A stretch of 64,000 nt of DNA. It comes from Veleropilina oligotropha (lineage: Eukaryota). The first letter of the stretch is position 1, and each line of letters starts with the position of its first letter. The notes under the pieces were generated by a model that saw only the letters and a program-made list of their open reading frames with translations, had not been told where the DNA came from and did not search any database. The translations under genes were made by a program, and so were the position numbers. The stretch lies in assembly GCA_048128005.1 (NCBI GenBank), contig JBEUKZ010000054.1, forward strand, positions 434,001-498,000. The letters are read 5' to 3'. Shown here one piece after another: positions 38,501 to 46,400 of this stretch.

Positions 38501-41337
38501 GATATACACTCAAAAGAACAAATTTAACCAAAAACTTTAACCGAAAAATGTCTATGTTCAAAGTGATTTTTTTTCACAAAATAAATAAAAAATCTTTTCG
38601 TTTTTGGTTCCAACTAAAGGCTAAACATGTCTACTTTCCATCTAAATAAGTTTCATTGAGTTATTCATCCATTATATGCATGTAATACCTCATCCAAAAA
38701 CATTAACCAAAAGTGTGACCGGACGGACAGAGGCTATCCCTATATCCCCCTTCGGCTTTTTCCTTCGGAAGCTGCGGGGGATAAAAATCCCTTAAGCATG
38801 CCATATATGCTCCATGAAAAACTTTAACAAAAACTGCGGACATACGTACGTACATACGTACGTACATACATATGTATGTACAGACAGAGTGAAAGCAATA
38901 TGCCCCTCCGGACTATCGTCCCGGGGCATAAAAATGGGTATATTAGTTTATTAAAATCATGTTTTAAATTTGTTTTCAATGGTTTACGTCGGCTATATCA
39001 CTTGGTTTTTGTTGTCTAATAGGATAAGCCTGTGCAGTACAACTCGGCGCTGTGCATTTACCTGCAGGCTTCTGTGCAGTACAACTCGGCGCTGTGCATT
39101 TACCTGCAGGCTTCTGTGCAGTACAACTCGGCGCTGTGCATTTACCTGCAGGCTTCTCCAATTAGACAACCAAACCTCATGATATAACCTGTACGTAATC
39201 GTTTTGTCCTCTTGGATCTGGTAAAAAGATAACAGCCTGATTCATTATGCATGTATAGCACCAGATAATCCTTACCGCTGACATCACATAATCGCGCCAT
39301 CTGCGTGTTCTGTCGGATTCCAAAGTCTCGGATCGTGTCCCGGATATTCTGCGTGAGGCCGAGTGACGGGATGTGAATGATGACGCGCTTGGAGTCCTTG
39401 ATTCTCTCCCAAGACGCAGCAAATTTCTGAAACAGAAATGTGACATAAACAATGATATCATGAAAGCATCACACATTATAAACTGATGCCAACTACTTAG
39501 CAACAGCTACAGCAACAGAGTGGATAAGATAATGAAAGATGCTTTCAAACGCACAGGATGGATTTTGGCGGGATGTGTCCTATATGTACATGTTACGTTA
39601 TCTTGTAATTTACGTGAATGTACATATTGCTTTCCTTGTTTCTTTGCCCAAATGCCTCCAGTAGGTGGAGTCTCGTCTGCTTCCAGACCTTACCTCCGGC
39701 TCATCTCCTTCAGCTGTTTCCGGGCCTTACCATCGCCCACTGTTTTGGGACCTTACCTTCGTGCGCTGCATGAATGCTTCCAGTTAGTTGAGTGAAGGAG
39801 CTGTTTCTGGACCTCGCCTTCGTCTGCTGTTTCCGGACCTTACCTTCGTCCGCTGCTTGAATGCCTCCAGTTGGTCGAGCCTCGACTGCTTCAGCTGTTT
39901 CCGGACCTTAGCCATCTTGATGTGCATGATCCAGGAGATCGCGATCACGCCAGCTGCCCACTTCTTGCGCCGATATTCCAGGTACCGGCACCGTTCTCTG
40001 TACCGCTTCCATGTCGCCTGTATCTTGGCAGCTGCCAGGTCTTTACCGTCAGGGCCCATGTACCGGCGTCCCTGAACATGAAGATGATATATGATCAACA
40101 AACATGGCAACAAATATTTCAATCATATCTCGGATCAGGAAATATGAGAATGTATGCAGCGTGCAATGATATGAAATGCCCACAACTCACAATGATCGTC
40201 AAAGATATATATACTAACATGAAGTGAATCCATTTAGTTTTACGACCACATTTTTGACAATTTTAGAGTCAGAAATGTTATCGGAACCTGTTTAACGTCT
40301 TCTTCGAAGGACAGGTAACAGGTTTTTAAGCGTTTCCCTCTATTAGTTTTGAGTGTTAGAATAAGCCACACAGGAGCGGGCATGGAACCCACATCCAACT
40401 GTTCCCCAATACGTTTTTCCGATGATCTACATCATAAATAATGGTAATGGACAATTTTCTTTCAGTTGTACTGGGTGCCTATTTGCTTACGGTAACAGTG
40501 GCAATGAATCTCATTTTCAGAATTGTCACTAGTGTTTAACTGCTCCCTTATGGTGGAACAATGCAAATATTTGATACCATGGTATTATTTATTATTTATT
40601 ACAATTTGACCAAATGGTTCTTTCTATCCATGAATGCATTAATACGATAATTTTTTAAACATCCCAATCAAGTTGACAGTATTCATTCCAATTGATTTCA
40701 TTTGAATCAGTTAAGTTTTATGCTTACAATTTTACAATCACATCTTTAGTTAAAATTCAGTTTAACGTCTCCGTTCAACAGATAGGTAACCGGTTTGTAA
40801 GACATTCCTTCTATTAATATTAAACTTTATAGAATAATCCACACAGGCGTGGGAATTGCACTCATTCTCTACAGTCCCACATACTCAACTTAAACAGAAT
40901 ATCATTCTGATGTGACAAATAACTTACCGGTCGCAAAATAATGGACTCCACATCTTCTCTGTTCACTACACAAGTTAAAAGGTCTGCGATATCTGGGGCA
41001 AACTCGAGCTCAAACTCCAACGCTAAATCAGCCAATCTAAAAGACAACAACTGTTTCTGTAATTGATATATCTTTATCATATTAATTTGATATATATGTA
41101 CTACTAAAATAGAACTCATTAATCGGAGTTGATTAGTTATCATGATGAAGTCTGTATACCCAGTGAGATGAGCTGTAGTTCTAGTATACCATAATCTGAA
41201 AACAAACAGTAGAAGAATGGAAACTGCAAAATTATGAAAGTAAACATAATTGAGCTTACTTGTCGCCGTTGATGAACAGCACGGGCAGCGAGTAGTTAAT
41301 GGCCATCCGCTCCATGTGGCGCAGCATACTGATGATG
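5508..41337 (-). CDS. IQCH: IQ motif-containing protein H, 5'-partial multi-exon gene (14 coding exons in window, about 715 aa)
   Basis: 14 exons join in phase through GT-AG introns into one reading frame. It is colinear with IQCH as recalled: IQ motif [58 protein letters not shown]. Confidence 0.93.
6386..6494 (-). CDS. IQCH: IQCH exon ([36 protein letters not shown])
   Basis: ttacag / gtaaga, 109 nt. Confidence 0.93.
7219..7280 (-). CDS. IQCH: IQCH exon ([21 protein letters not shown])
   Basis: ttttag / gtaagt, 62 nt. Confidence 0.9.
7397..8422 (+). mobile_element. Non-autonomous Helentron-type (HINE/pearl-like) element
   Basis: ACAAGAG start, internal tandem core repeats, (GGAC)n, terminal CCCC...GGGG hairpin plus A run; second copy at 27490-28465. 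Confidence 0.7.
7978..8216 (+). mobile_element. Short non-autonomous Helitron
   Basis: 5' TC, (TGTC)n, 3' CTAG followed by T; absent from the sister copy at 27490-28465. Confidence 0.65.
8504..9722 (-). mobile_element. Terminal-hairpin element H1 with Crypton-like (DUF3504/ZMYM-type) recombinase N-terminal fragment
   Basis: Palindrome 8506-8650. TTTATCACAT (8652) pairs with ATGTGATAAA (9713). Peptide [17 protein letters not shown]...[20 protein letters not shown] resembles Crypton-type YR N-terminal domains (from memory). Confidence 0.7.
9723..10242. mobile_element. Terminal-hairpin element H2
   Basis: Palindrome 9725-9868 with the same GAGCCTTGGCGAG loop as H1; TTTATCACATGA / TCATGTGATAAA pair. 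Confidence 0.75.
10769..14743. mobile_element. Unclassified DNA transposon remnant nested in the Tc1-like element
   Basis: Imperfect inverted repeats at about 10790-10845 and 14670-14730 (TTGGAGATTTG.AAACCTATA.ATTTTTG.AAAC); repeated AATGGCGGCC motifs near both ends. Confidence 0.45.
13181..13865 (+). mobile_element. 5'-truncated RTE-clade LINE fragment
   Basis: Degenerate RT C-terminus (LADSEDQLQ...[32 protein letters not shown]...TLRDKIR), 3' end GCCGACCCC plus AAG-rich tail. Confidence 0.8.
15348..16822. repeat. About 77-bp minisatellite (about 14 units), with detached remnants at 8482-8503 and 10243-10312
   Basis: Unit GAGCAATCTGACGTCCTTGGTCCCTGGTTCAGCTGTTTGTGCATATATGTCTATATTCTCACACGCTTCAATGATAT. 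Confidence 0.93.
15984..16382. mobile_element. Terminal-hairpin element H3
   Basis: Palindrome 16231-16379; TATCTTACC / GGTAAGATA pair; cleanly interrupts a 77-bp unit. Confidence 0.75.
17148..17273 (-). CDS. IQCH: IQCH exon ([15 protein letters not shown]...GIGYDIK)
   Basis: tttcag / gtatca, 126 nt. Confidence 0.92.
17864..18046 (-). CDS. IQCH: IQCH exon (MDQHLWALD...QGQEDE)
   Basis: tcctag / gtagag, 183 nt. Confidence 0.88.
18181..19415 (-). mobile_element. Second SINE family with (ATT)n tail, split by H4
   Basis: tRNA-like head near 19350-19415. Shares CAACTC.CTCT.G.AG and ACTGCCAACCAGGTACCCATT blocks with 63061-63290; tail fragment at 6275-6345. Confidence 0.6.
18213..19116. mobile_element. 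Terminal-hairpin element H4
   Basis: Palindrome about 18215-18365; TTTATCACATATC / GATATGTGATAAA pair; splits a SINE. Confidence 0.75.
19773..20684. mobile_element. Terminal-hairpin element H5
   Basis: Palindrome 20543-20678; TTTATCTTACTT / AAGTAAGATAAA pair. Confidence 0.7.
20926..21200 (-). CDS. IQCH: IQCH exon (GGVIEACPP...FVTFINPKT)
   Basis: ttgtag / gtaagt, 275 nt. Confidence 0.93.
21479..21599 (-). CDS. IQCH: IQCH exon ([15 protein letters not shown]...FLDAFLSQ)
   Basis: tttcag / gtatgt, 121 nt; absent from the ORF track, found by reading the minus strand. Confidence 0.9.
21893..23499. repeat. 63-66 bp minisatellite, about 25 units, derived from a tRNA-like SINE head
   Basis: Unit GAACCCAGGACCAACTAACAGCTTCGGTTGAG(AG)TTTGGTGCACTAACCACTCGCCCCCGATGAA; continuous with a SINE body at about 21765-21892. 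Confidence 0.93.
23681..23869 (-). CDS. IQCH: IQCH exon (LHECLAQLV...WNKKWAQ)
   Basis: tttcag / gtacga, 189 nt. Confidence 0.93.
24185..24457 (-). CDS. IQCH: IQCH exon ([15 protein letters not shown]...DVYSLQQ)
   Basis: ttctag / gtaaat, 273 nt. Confidence 0.93.
24989..25164 (-). CDS. IQCH: IQCH exon ([11 protein letters not shown]...DAIKSFP)
   Basis: catcag / gtgagt, 176 nt. Confidence 0.92.
25245..25505 (-). mobile_element. SINE, same family as 4147-4413
   Basis: Reverse-complement similarity including B box GGTTCGAATC; its 5' end forms part of the 46-bp satellite unit. Confidence 0.75.
25492..27152. repeat. 46-bp minisatellite, about 36 units
   Basis: Unit CTACGTTGGGATCTACAGAGCAATGATATCACTGTGTCTGAGCGGC. 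Confidence 0.96.
30596..31642 (-). CDS. DIRS tyrosine recombinase (YR)
   Basis: Catalytic set GKRACE (R), AKNQ (K), HETR (HxxR), GYW and KHYL (Y). The frame continues upstream through pol with two stops. Confidence 0.9.
   Translation of the reverse strand, partial: FSRTTALRIYRSRRQSTSKVYDYRWSKYVDWCHRREVNILRPPVNKFIEFITSLFERGLSVSAVKGYRASISTTLKQCRSRIDLSSDRTISDFIRSYELERPICMARPPAWNIILILNALLEGPFEPLRSASIRNLTYKTVFLIAFASGKRACEIHSFSAELRDIRFQPDGSVILRPILGFIAKNQRPGDIAPEVVIPTLYIVGRNDIDRLNCPVRALRYYLDRTRDFRRGKKRLFISYLPNFTRDVSKNTISRWICRTVQQIYSSSNEADRNLIAVRAHETRAISTSLAFRHCLNITSLLQAGYWRNLNVFVKHYLRDFSTGADGLSSVQCVAAQHCITRTSRSNRQ
31510..33690 (-). CDS. DIRS pol: reverse transcriptase, RNase H and adenine-methyltransferase-like domain
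   Basis: Uninterrupted 726-codon frame. RT motifs [20 protein letters not shown]; RNase H motifs [24 protein letters not shown]-like DLFA...AYAFPP. Confidence 0.93.
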   Translation of the reverse strand: MSDLLGVGLRPGNPTRRRTLQQNPVRAGEGSRRGPRVAGTRDEHSCALPPVGACLLSYSQTWLELTDSSWVHSVVSAGYKLAFNRHPTLTVTPPPRHARLLHGEKQAVLDQAVRDLLLKGAIYPAPPSTPGFYSHFFLVPKPDGRWRPILDLSHLNRYLRTEKFQQETLSKIRAAIRPGDWAASIDLTDAYLHVPMHVSAHQYLRFIHGETIYQFRCLPFGLSSAPYVFTRTVQALGTFLHSLGHRVHMYLDDWLILGASRDRCLQSTIFTLSSAKRLGFQINETKSCFVPSTTFTFLGVVFDTVRYTAKPTEKRIENLRAVIQDTRSSGIATARQLATVLGHIESVAPLIPTGRMDKRPLQQAFRDRWVQRTGQWTDRIDLRHWFNHSTAVWLNPALPSQSVPISPAEPNAFLYTDASNEGWGGHLDSYETSGLWPTDMQGRHINYLELEAVYLTVRSLSSHLRNKQILLATDNTTVVAYVQHQGGTSSRPLCDRAIDLHRLVMSLNSTIRARHIPGKLNVRADSLSRKSQIIHTEWTLHSQVAREICRRWSQPQVDLFATEFNHRLPLYVSPYPDPAALAVDALSMTWENLIAYAFPPSCILRLVLQKASRDRCEITLIAPLNRTQSWFPTLLDLIVDLPLALPQRPDLLMQPRSRVLHPSSNELRLHAWRLSNDRLLRNDFLAQQPSVFTDREDNLHLKSMTTDGQNMWIGVTGGKSIFSVPL
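33584..35831 (-). pseudogene. DIRS gag-like ORF1, disrupted
   Basis: Cys/His-rich N-terminus (MVLCSD...[12 protein letters not shown]...CSKC) and Pro/Ser-rich middle. C-terminal LLLRRDACL...LFG segment and basic tail. Stop near 35658, frameshift near 34450, TGA at 34256-34258. Confidence 0.75.
39030..39157. repeat. 42-bp tandem repeat, 3 copies
   Basis: CTGTGCAGTACAACTCGGCGCTGTGCATTTACCTGCAGGCTT x3. Confidence 0.9.
39276..39426 (-). CDS. IQCH: IQCH exon ([23 protein letters not shown]...RLCDVS)
   Basis: tttcag / gtaagg, 151 nt. Confidence 0.92.
39844..40071 (-). CDS. IQCH: IQCH exon with IQ motif (GRRYMGPDG...AFKQRTK)
   Basis: gttcag / gtaagg, 228 nt, IQATWKRY motif. Confidence 0.93.
40928..41036 (-). 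CDS. IQCH: IQCH exon ([10 protein letters not shown]...ESIILRP)
   Basis: ttttag / gtaagt, 109 nt. Confidence 0.88.
41260..41337 (-). CDS. IQCH: IQCH exon ([26 protein letters not shown])
   Basis: tttcag acceptor, gtaagc donor, 78 nt, phase matches the next exon. Confidence 0.88.
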
Positions 41338-43415
41338 CTGAAAGAGGGAATAGATGCTGATGATGCTGAAAGAGGGAATAGATGGTGATGATGCTGAAAG
41401 AGGGAATAGATGGTGATGATGCTGAAAGAGGGAATAGATGCTGATGATGCTGAAAGAGGGAATTGACGGTGATGATGCTGAAAGAGGGAATAGATGCTGA
41501 TGATGCTGAAAGAGGGAATAGATGGTGATGATGCTGAAAGAGGGAATATATGCTGATGATGCTGAAAGAGGGAATAGATGGTGATGATGCTGAAAGAGGG
41601 AATAGATGGTGAAGATGATGAAAGAGGGAATAGATGGTGATGATGCTGAAAGAGGGAATAGATGCTGATGATGCTGAAAGACAGAATAGATGATGATGAT
41701 GCTGAAAGAGGGAATAGATGCTGATGATGCTGAAAGAGGGAATAGATGGTGATGATGCTGAAAGAGGGAATAGATGGTGATGATGCTGAAAGAGGGAATA
41801 GATGGTGATGATGCTGAAAGAGGGAATAGATAGTGATGATGCTGAAAGAGGGAATAGATGGTGATGATGCTGAAAGAGGGAATAGATGGTGATGATGCTG
41901 AAAGAGAGAATAGATGGTGATGATGCTGAAAGAGAGAATAGGTGGTGATGATGCTGAAAGAGAGAATAGATGGTGATGATGCTGAAAGAGAGAATAGATG
42001 GTGATGATGCTGAAAGAGGGAATAGATGCTGATGATGCTGAAAGAGGGAATATATGGTGATGATGCTGAAAGAGGGAATAGATGGTGATGATGCTGAAAG
42101 ATGGAATAGATGGGGATGATGCTGAAAGAGGGAATAGATGGTGATGATGCTGAAAGAGAGAATAGATGGTGATGATGCTGAAAGAGGGAATAGATGGTGA
42201 TGATGCTGAAAGAGAGAATAGATGGTGATGATGCTGAAAGAGGGAATAGATGGTGATGATGCTGAAAGAGAGAATAGATGCTGATGATGCTGAAAGAGAG
42301 AATAGATGGTGATGATGCTGAAAGAGAGAATAGATGGTGATGATGCTGAAAGAGGGAATAGATGGTGATGATGCTGAATGAGAGAATAGACGGTGATGAT
42401 GCTGAAAGAGGGAATAGATGGTGATGATGCTGAAAGAGGGAATAGATGGTGATGATGCTGAAAGAGGGAATAGATGGTGATGATGCTGAAAGAGGGAATA
42501 GATGGTGATGATGCTGAAAGAGGGAATAGATGGTGATGATGCTGAAAGAGGGAATAGATGGTGATGATGCTGAAAGAGAGAATAGATGGTGATGATGCTG
42601 AACGAGGGAATAGATGGTGATGATGCTGAAAGAGGGAATAGATGGTGATGATGCTGAAAGAGAGAATAGATGCTGATGATGCTGAAAGAGGGAATAGATG
42701 GTGATGATGCTGAACGAGGGAATAGATGGTGATGATGCTGAAAGAGAGAATAGATGGTGATGATGCTGAACGAGGGAATAGATGGTGATGATGCTGAAAG
42801 AGGGAATAGATGGTGATGATGCTGAAAGAGGGAATAGATGGTGATGATGCTGAAAGAGAGAATAGATGCTGATGATGCTGAAAGAGGGAATAGATGGTGA
42901 TGATGCTGAAAGAGAGAATATATGGTGATGATGCTGAAAGAGGGAATATATGGTGATGATGCTGAAAGAGGGAATAGATGGTGATGATGCTGATAGAGGG
43001 AATAGATGGTGATGATGCTGAAAGAGGGAATATATGGTGATGATGCTGAAAGAGAGAATAGATGGTGATGATGCTGAAAGAGGGAATATATGGTGATGAT
43101 GCTGAAAGAGGGAATAGATGGTGATGATGCTGACAGAGGGAATAGATGGTGATGATGCTGAAAGAGGGAATAGATGGTGATGATGCTGAAAGAGGGAATA
43201 GATGGTGATGATGCTGAAAGAGGGAATAGATGGTGATGATGATGAAAGAGGGAATAGATGCTGATGATGCTGAAAGAGAGAATAGATGGTGATGATGCTG
43301 TAACAGGGAATAGATGGTGATGATGCTGAAAGAGGGAATAGATGGTGATGATGCTGAAAGAGAGAATAGATGGTGATGATGCTGAAAGAGGGAATAGATG
43401 GTGATGATGCTGAAA
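41331..43415. repeat. 28-bp satellite block 1 (CTGAAAGAGGGAATAGATGGTGATGATG)n, about 74 units
   Basis: Direct reading; the array runs into the IQCH acceptor at 41338-41340. Confidence 0.97.
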
Positions 43416-46400
43416 TGAGGTTTTTAATTAAACCTAATATTAGTTAAAACATACTTACGTCCTTACTCTTGCCATAATAGTCATATTATCGCCAACCGGA
43501 AACAGTGAATAATGTCACATTAAGCACTTATTAAGTCAAAACGCACTACGATTACCTCCCCTGCTCCCGCTCTCTAAGTTCCCCCGGCGAGATCTCGCCA
43601 AGTCTCGCGAGATATCCGAGCTCGAGTTCACAAGACCTCAATTCAAAGTTCAGAACCCCAGAGGAACTTAGTAGAGGGGAGGAATGCGAAACGCAGGGTG
43701 GGTAATCGTAGTAAGGACGTAAGTATGTTTTAACTAATATTAGGTTTAATTAAAAACCTCATATGTAGTTACAAACAAACTTACGTCCTTACTCTTGCCA
43801 GAATAACCTTGGATAGGTGGGTAAGAAGTTCCTTACAACAAACCCAAACAAGATAATGACTTACTTTTCACCATTTCAATCAGCATGAAGCGTCGATTGT
43901 GTCCGCCCAGAGTGGAATTTTACTGAGTATTATATTCTACTCTTACCAAGCGAGAATTTAGACCAGTGTTACCGGGAGAATACGCCGTGGTGATAGTCGG
44001 ACGAGGTGAACGGAAGTGCAATCAGCCCCAGGCATGGCCGGAAGGATTATCCTTGTAGGTCTTACGTGTCATGGGCCAGTGGCAGCCAATTGGTACTCCG
44101 GGCCATAGGCCGGTAGCCAGAGGATGCAGTCGGATTTGTAAGCACACGGAACCTAACAGGTTGTGAAAGCATCAAATCAAAAGCAAAGAATTAATAGATT
44201 AAATAAATAATCGATATTAAAAGTGATTCGCATGACCAACTTGCGAAACGCTAACATGTACGACATGTCACTTAAAATAAATTTTTAAGGAAGCAAATAT
44301 GTACGACATGTTACTTAAAATAAATTTTAAGGAAGCAAATATTAAAATTTTTTCAATGTATTGAACATCGTATGTTCGATTACAGCATAGAACATCAATA
44401 ATATTGAACCTCAAATCCTTTAAGATTTTCGCAATATAGTTGTTTTATTAAATTCAATGTGATCTGGCTTGTCAATATACTCAGGTATGACATGAAGTAC
44501 AAAATCTTAAAATGTTTTTAAGAAATGAACAGACATTGAATCGCCTCATATGTGTCTATTTCATAGAACAGCTAGGCCAACAAATAACATTGCGTCAGCA
44601 AAAATTATGTAAATTGATAAATCAAGAAACAATACTCACTGATTAGACGACTTCGGTCTAACAATACATCGTTGAGCAGTTACTATGTAGACTGCACAAT
44701 CCATCAGCCGCATGGAATAATCCCACAGAAAAGGCTTAATAAAGACATTTTGAGAAGCAACGCTGAGATGTGAATCTGCGAAAGCACGGACCTCGTGTGC
44801 GCGGATCGATACAATAGTGCGTGCGGCCTACTTTTCACAGCGAGAGTAGTCTCTCACTACCTGTGAAAACCTCCGCGAAACAGTCGTCTACGTAATGTCG
44901 CGGATATAAGAAGGTAAATACGAATAAAATATACGTAGTTTTCCCTGCCGCGTATCACGGATCCTGTCGAGGTAGTAACGTAGGCACGCATATGACAGGT
45001 ACATCGGTCCACATCGGGTCTCTGACCAGCGTAAAGCTTGGGGATAACGATATCGGGTGCATCTTCGTTCGGCCGTAGATTCTTGGCGAGGAAACCCAAG
45101 ATATGACGCCGCATCACTGACCCGTCGACTGGAAACGAACGTCTCGTAGCTCTGCGGATAGACTATGAAATACGGAACAACGCCTGCCCGACGCTAAGGT
45201 GATCAGAAAAAACTGTTTTGTGCGTTAAGTTCCTCATAGAGGTCGAGCCCATAGGCTAGTACGGGTAGAAAGAGAGCGTTAAGAATGAGAGCGATGTTTC
45301 AGGCTGGCCGTATCGTACGGGTCGAAATTTTGAGTTCGAAGGATCGCAGAAATCCAAATCGTTCGGTCGCTAGGTAGGCTACCACGGGCACGGCACTCGC
45401 GACCGTTGCCCGATAGCTTTGACGGCGGACACTGACATACCGCGTTCAAAGAGCGACGATGAAAACTCAATAAACGTGTTCACAGGGGGGCGGAGTATAT
45501 TGACCTGCCGGCTGTGACACCAATCCACGTACTTAACCCATCGGTAGTCATAAACTTTAGTCGTGGAAAGCCTTCTCGATCGGTAGATGCGTAGGGCTGT
45601 TGCGCGAGAAATTCCTTTCTTAGCAAGGGATCGTTCGATAACCGCCAGGCGTGTAAACGTAAGTCGTTCGGCGATGTTGTAATACACGGCTGCGCGCCTG
45701 CATTAACCGGCCCGGTCTCTGCGGGAGCGATAACGGTCGGTCGACGATCAGATCGAGGAGGGTCGGAAACCAAGGTTGCGTGCGATATAGGGGCGCGATT
45801 AGCGTTATCTGCAACGTTCGTTCGATGCCTTCTGTAATACCAGTGTTAGAATGCACGACGGGGGGAAGGCATACGCGGACAGATTCTCCCATGTCATTGA
45901 CAGTGCGGCGACCGCTAGGGCGGCCGGGTCCGGGTACGGGGAGACGTACAGAGGTAGTCGGTAATTCAATTCTGTTGCAAACAGATCGACTTGGGGTTGT
46001 GACCACCGGCGACAAACGTCCCGAGCTACTCGGCTGTGTAGCGTCCACTCTGTGTGTATTATCTGTGATTTCCGAGAGAGCGAGTCCGCTCTGACATTCA
46101 GCTTTCCCGGGATGTGTCGGGCTCGAATCGTCGAGATGAGGGACATCACTAGGCGGTGTAGGTCTATTGCTCGGTCGCAAAGGGGACGCGAGCGAGTGCC
46201 GCCCTGGTGCTGGATGTAAGCGACGACAGTCGTGTTGTCCGTGGCGAGCATTATGTGCTTGTTGCAGAGATGTGACGAGAGGGACCATACTGACAGGTAG
46301 ACGGCTTCTAACTCTAGGAAGTAGATGTGTCGTCCCTGAAGGTCCGTCGGCCATAGGCCTGATGTCTCGTAACTGTCGAGGTGACCACCCCAGCCGTCGT

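Larger units (their letters stand above)
27484..38934 (+). mobile_element. Nested Helentron-type elements hosting DIRS family A
   Basis: The outer element (AACTAGA...CTATGTTCCCCGGAACA to GCCCC...GGGGCATAAAAA) is interrupted by 27490-28465, by the DIRS and by a sister element at 37310-38787. All have internal core repeats (AACTTTAACCAAAATTTCTATGT). Confidence 0.65.
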
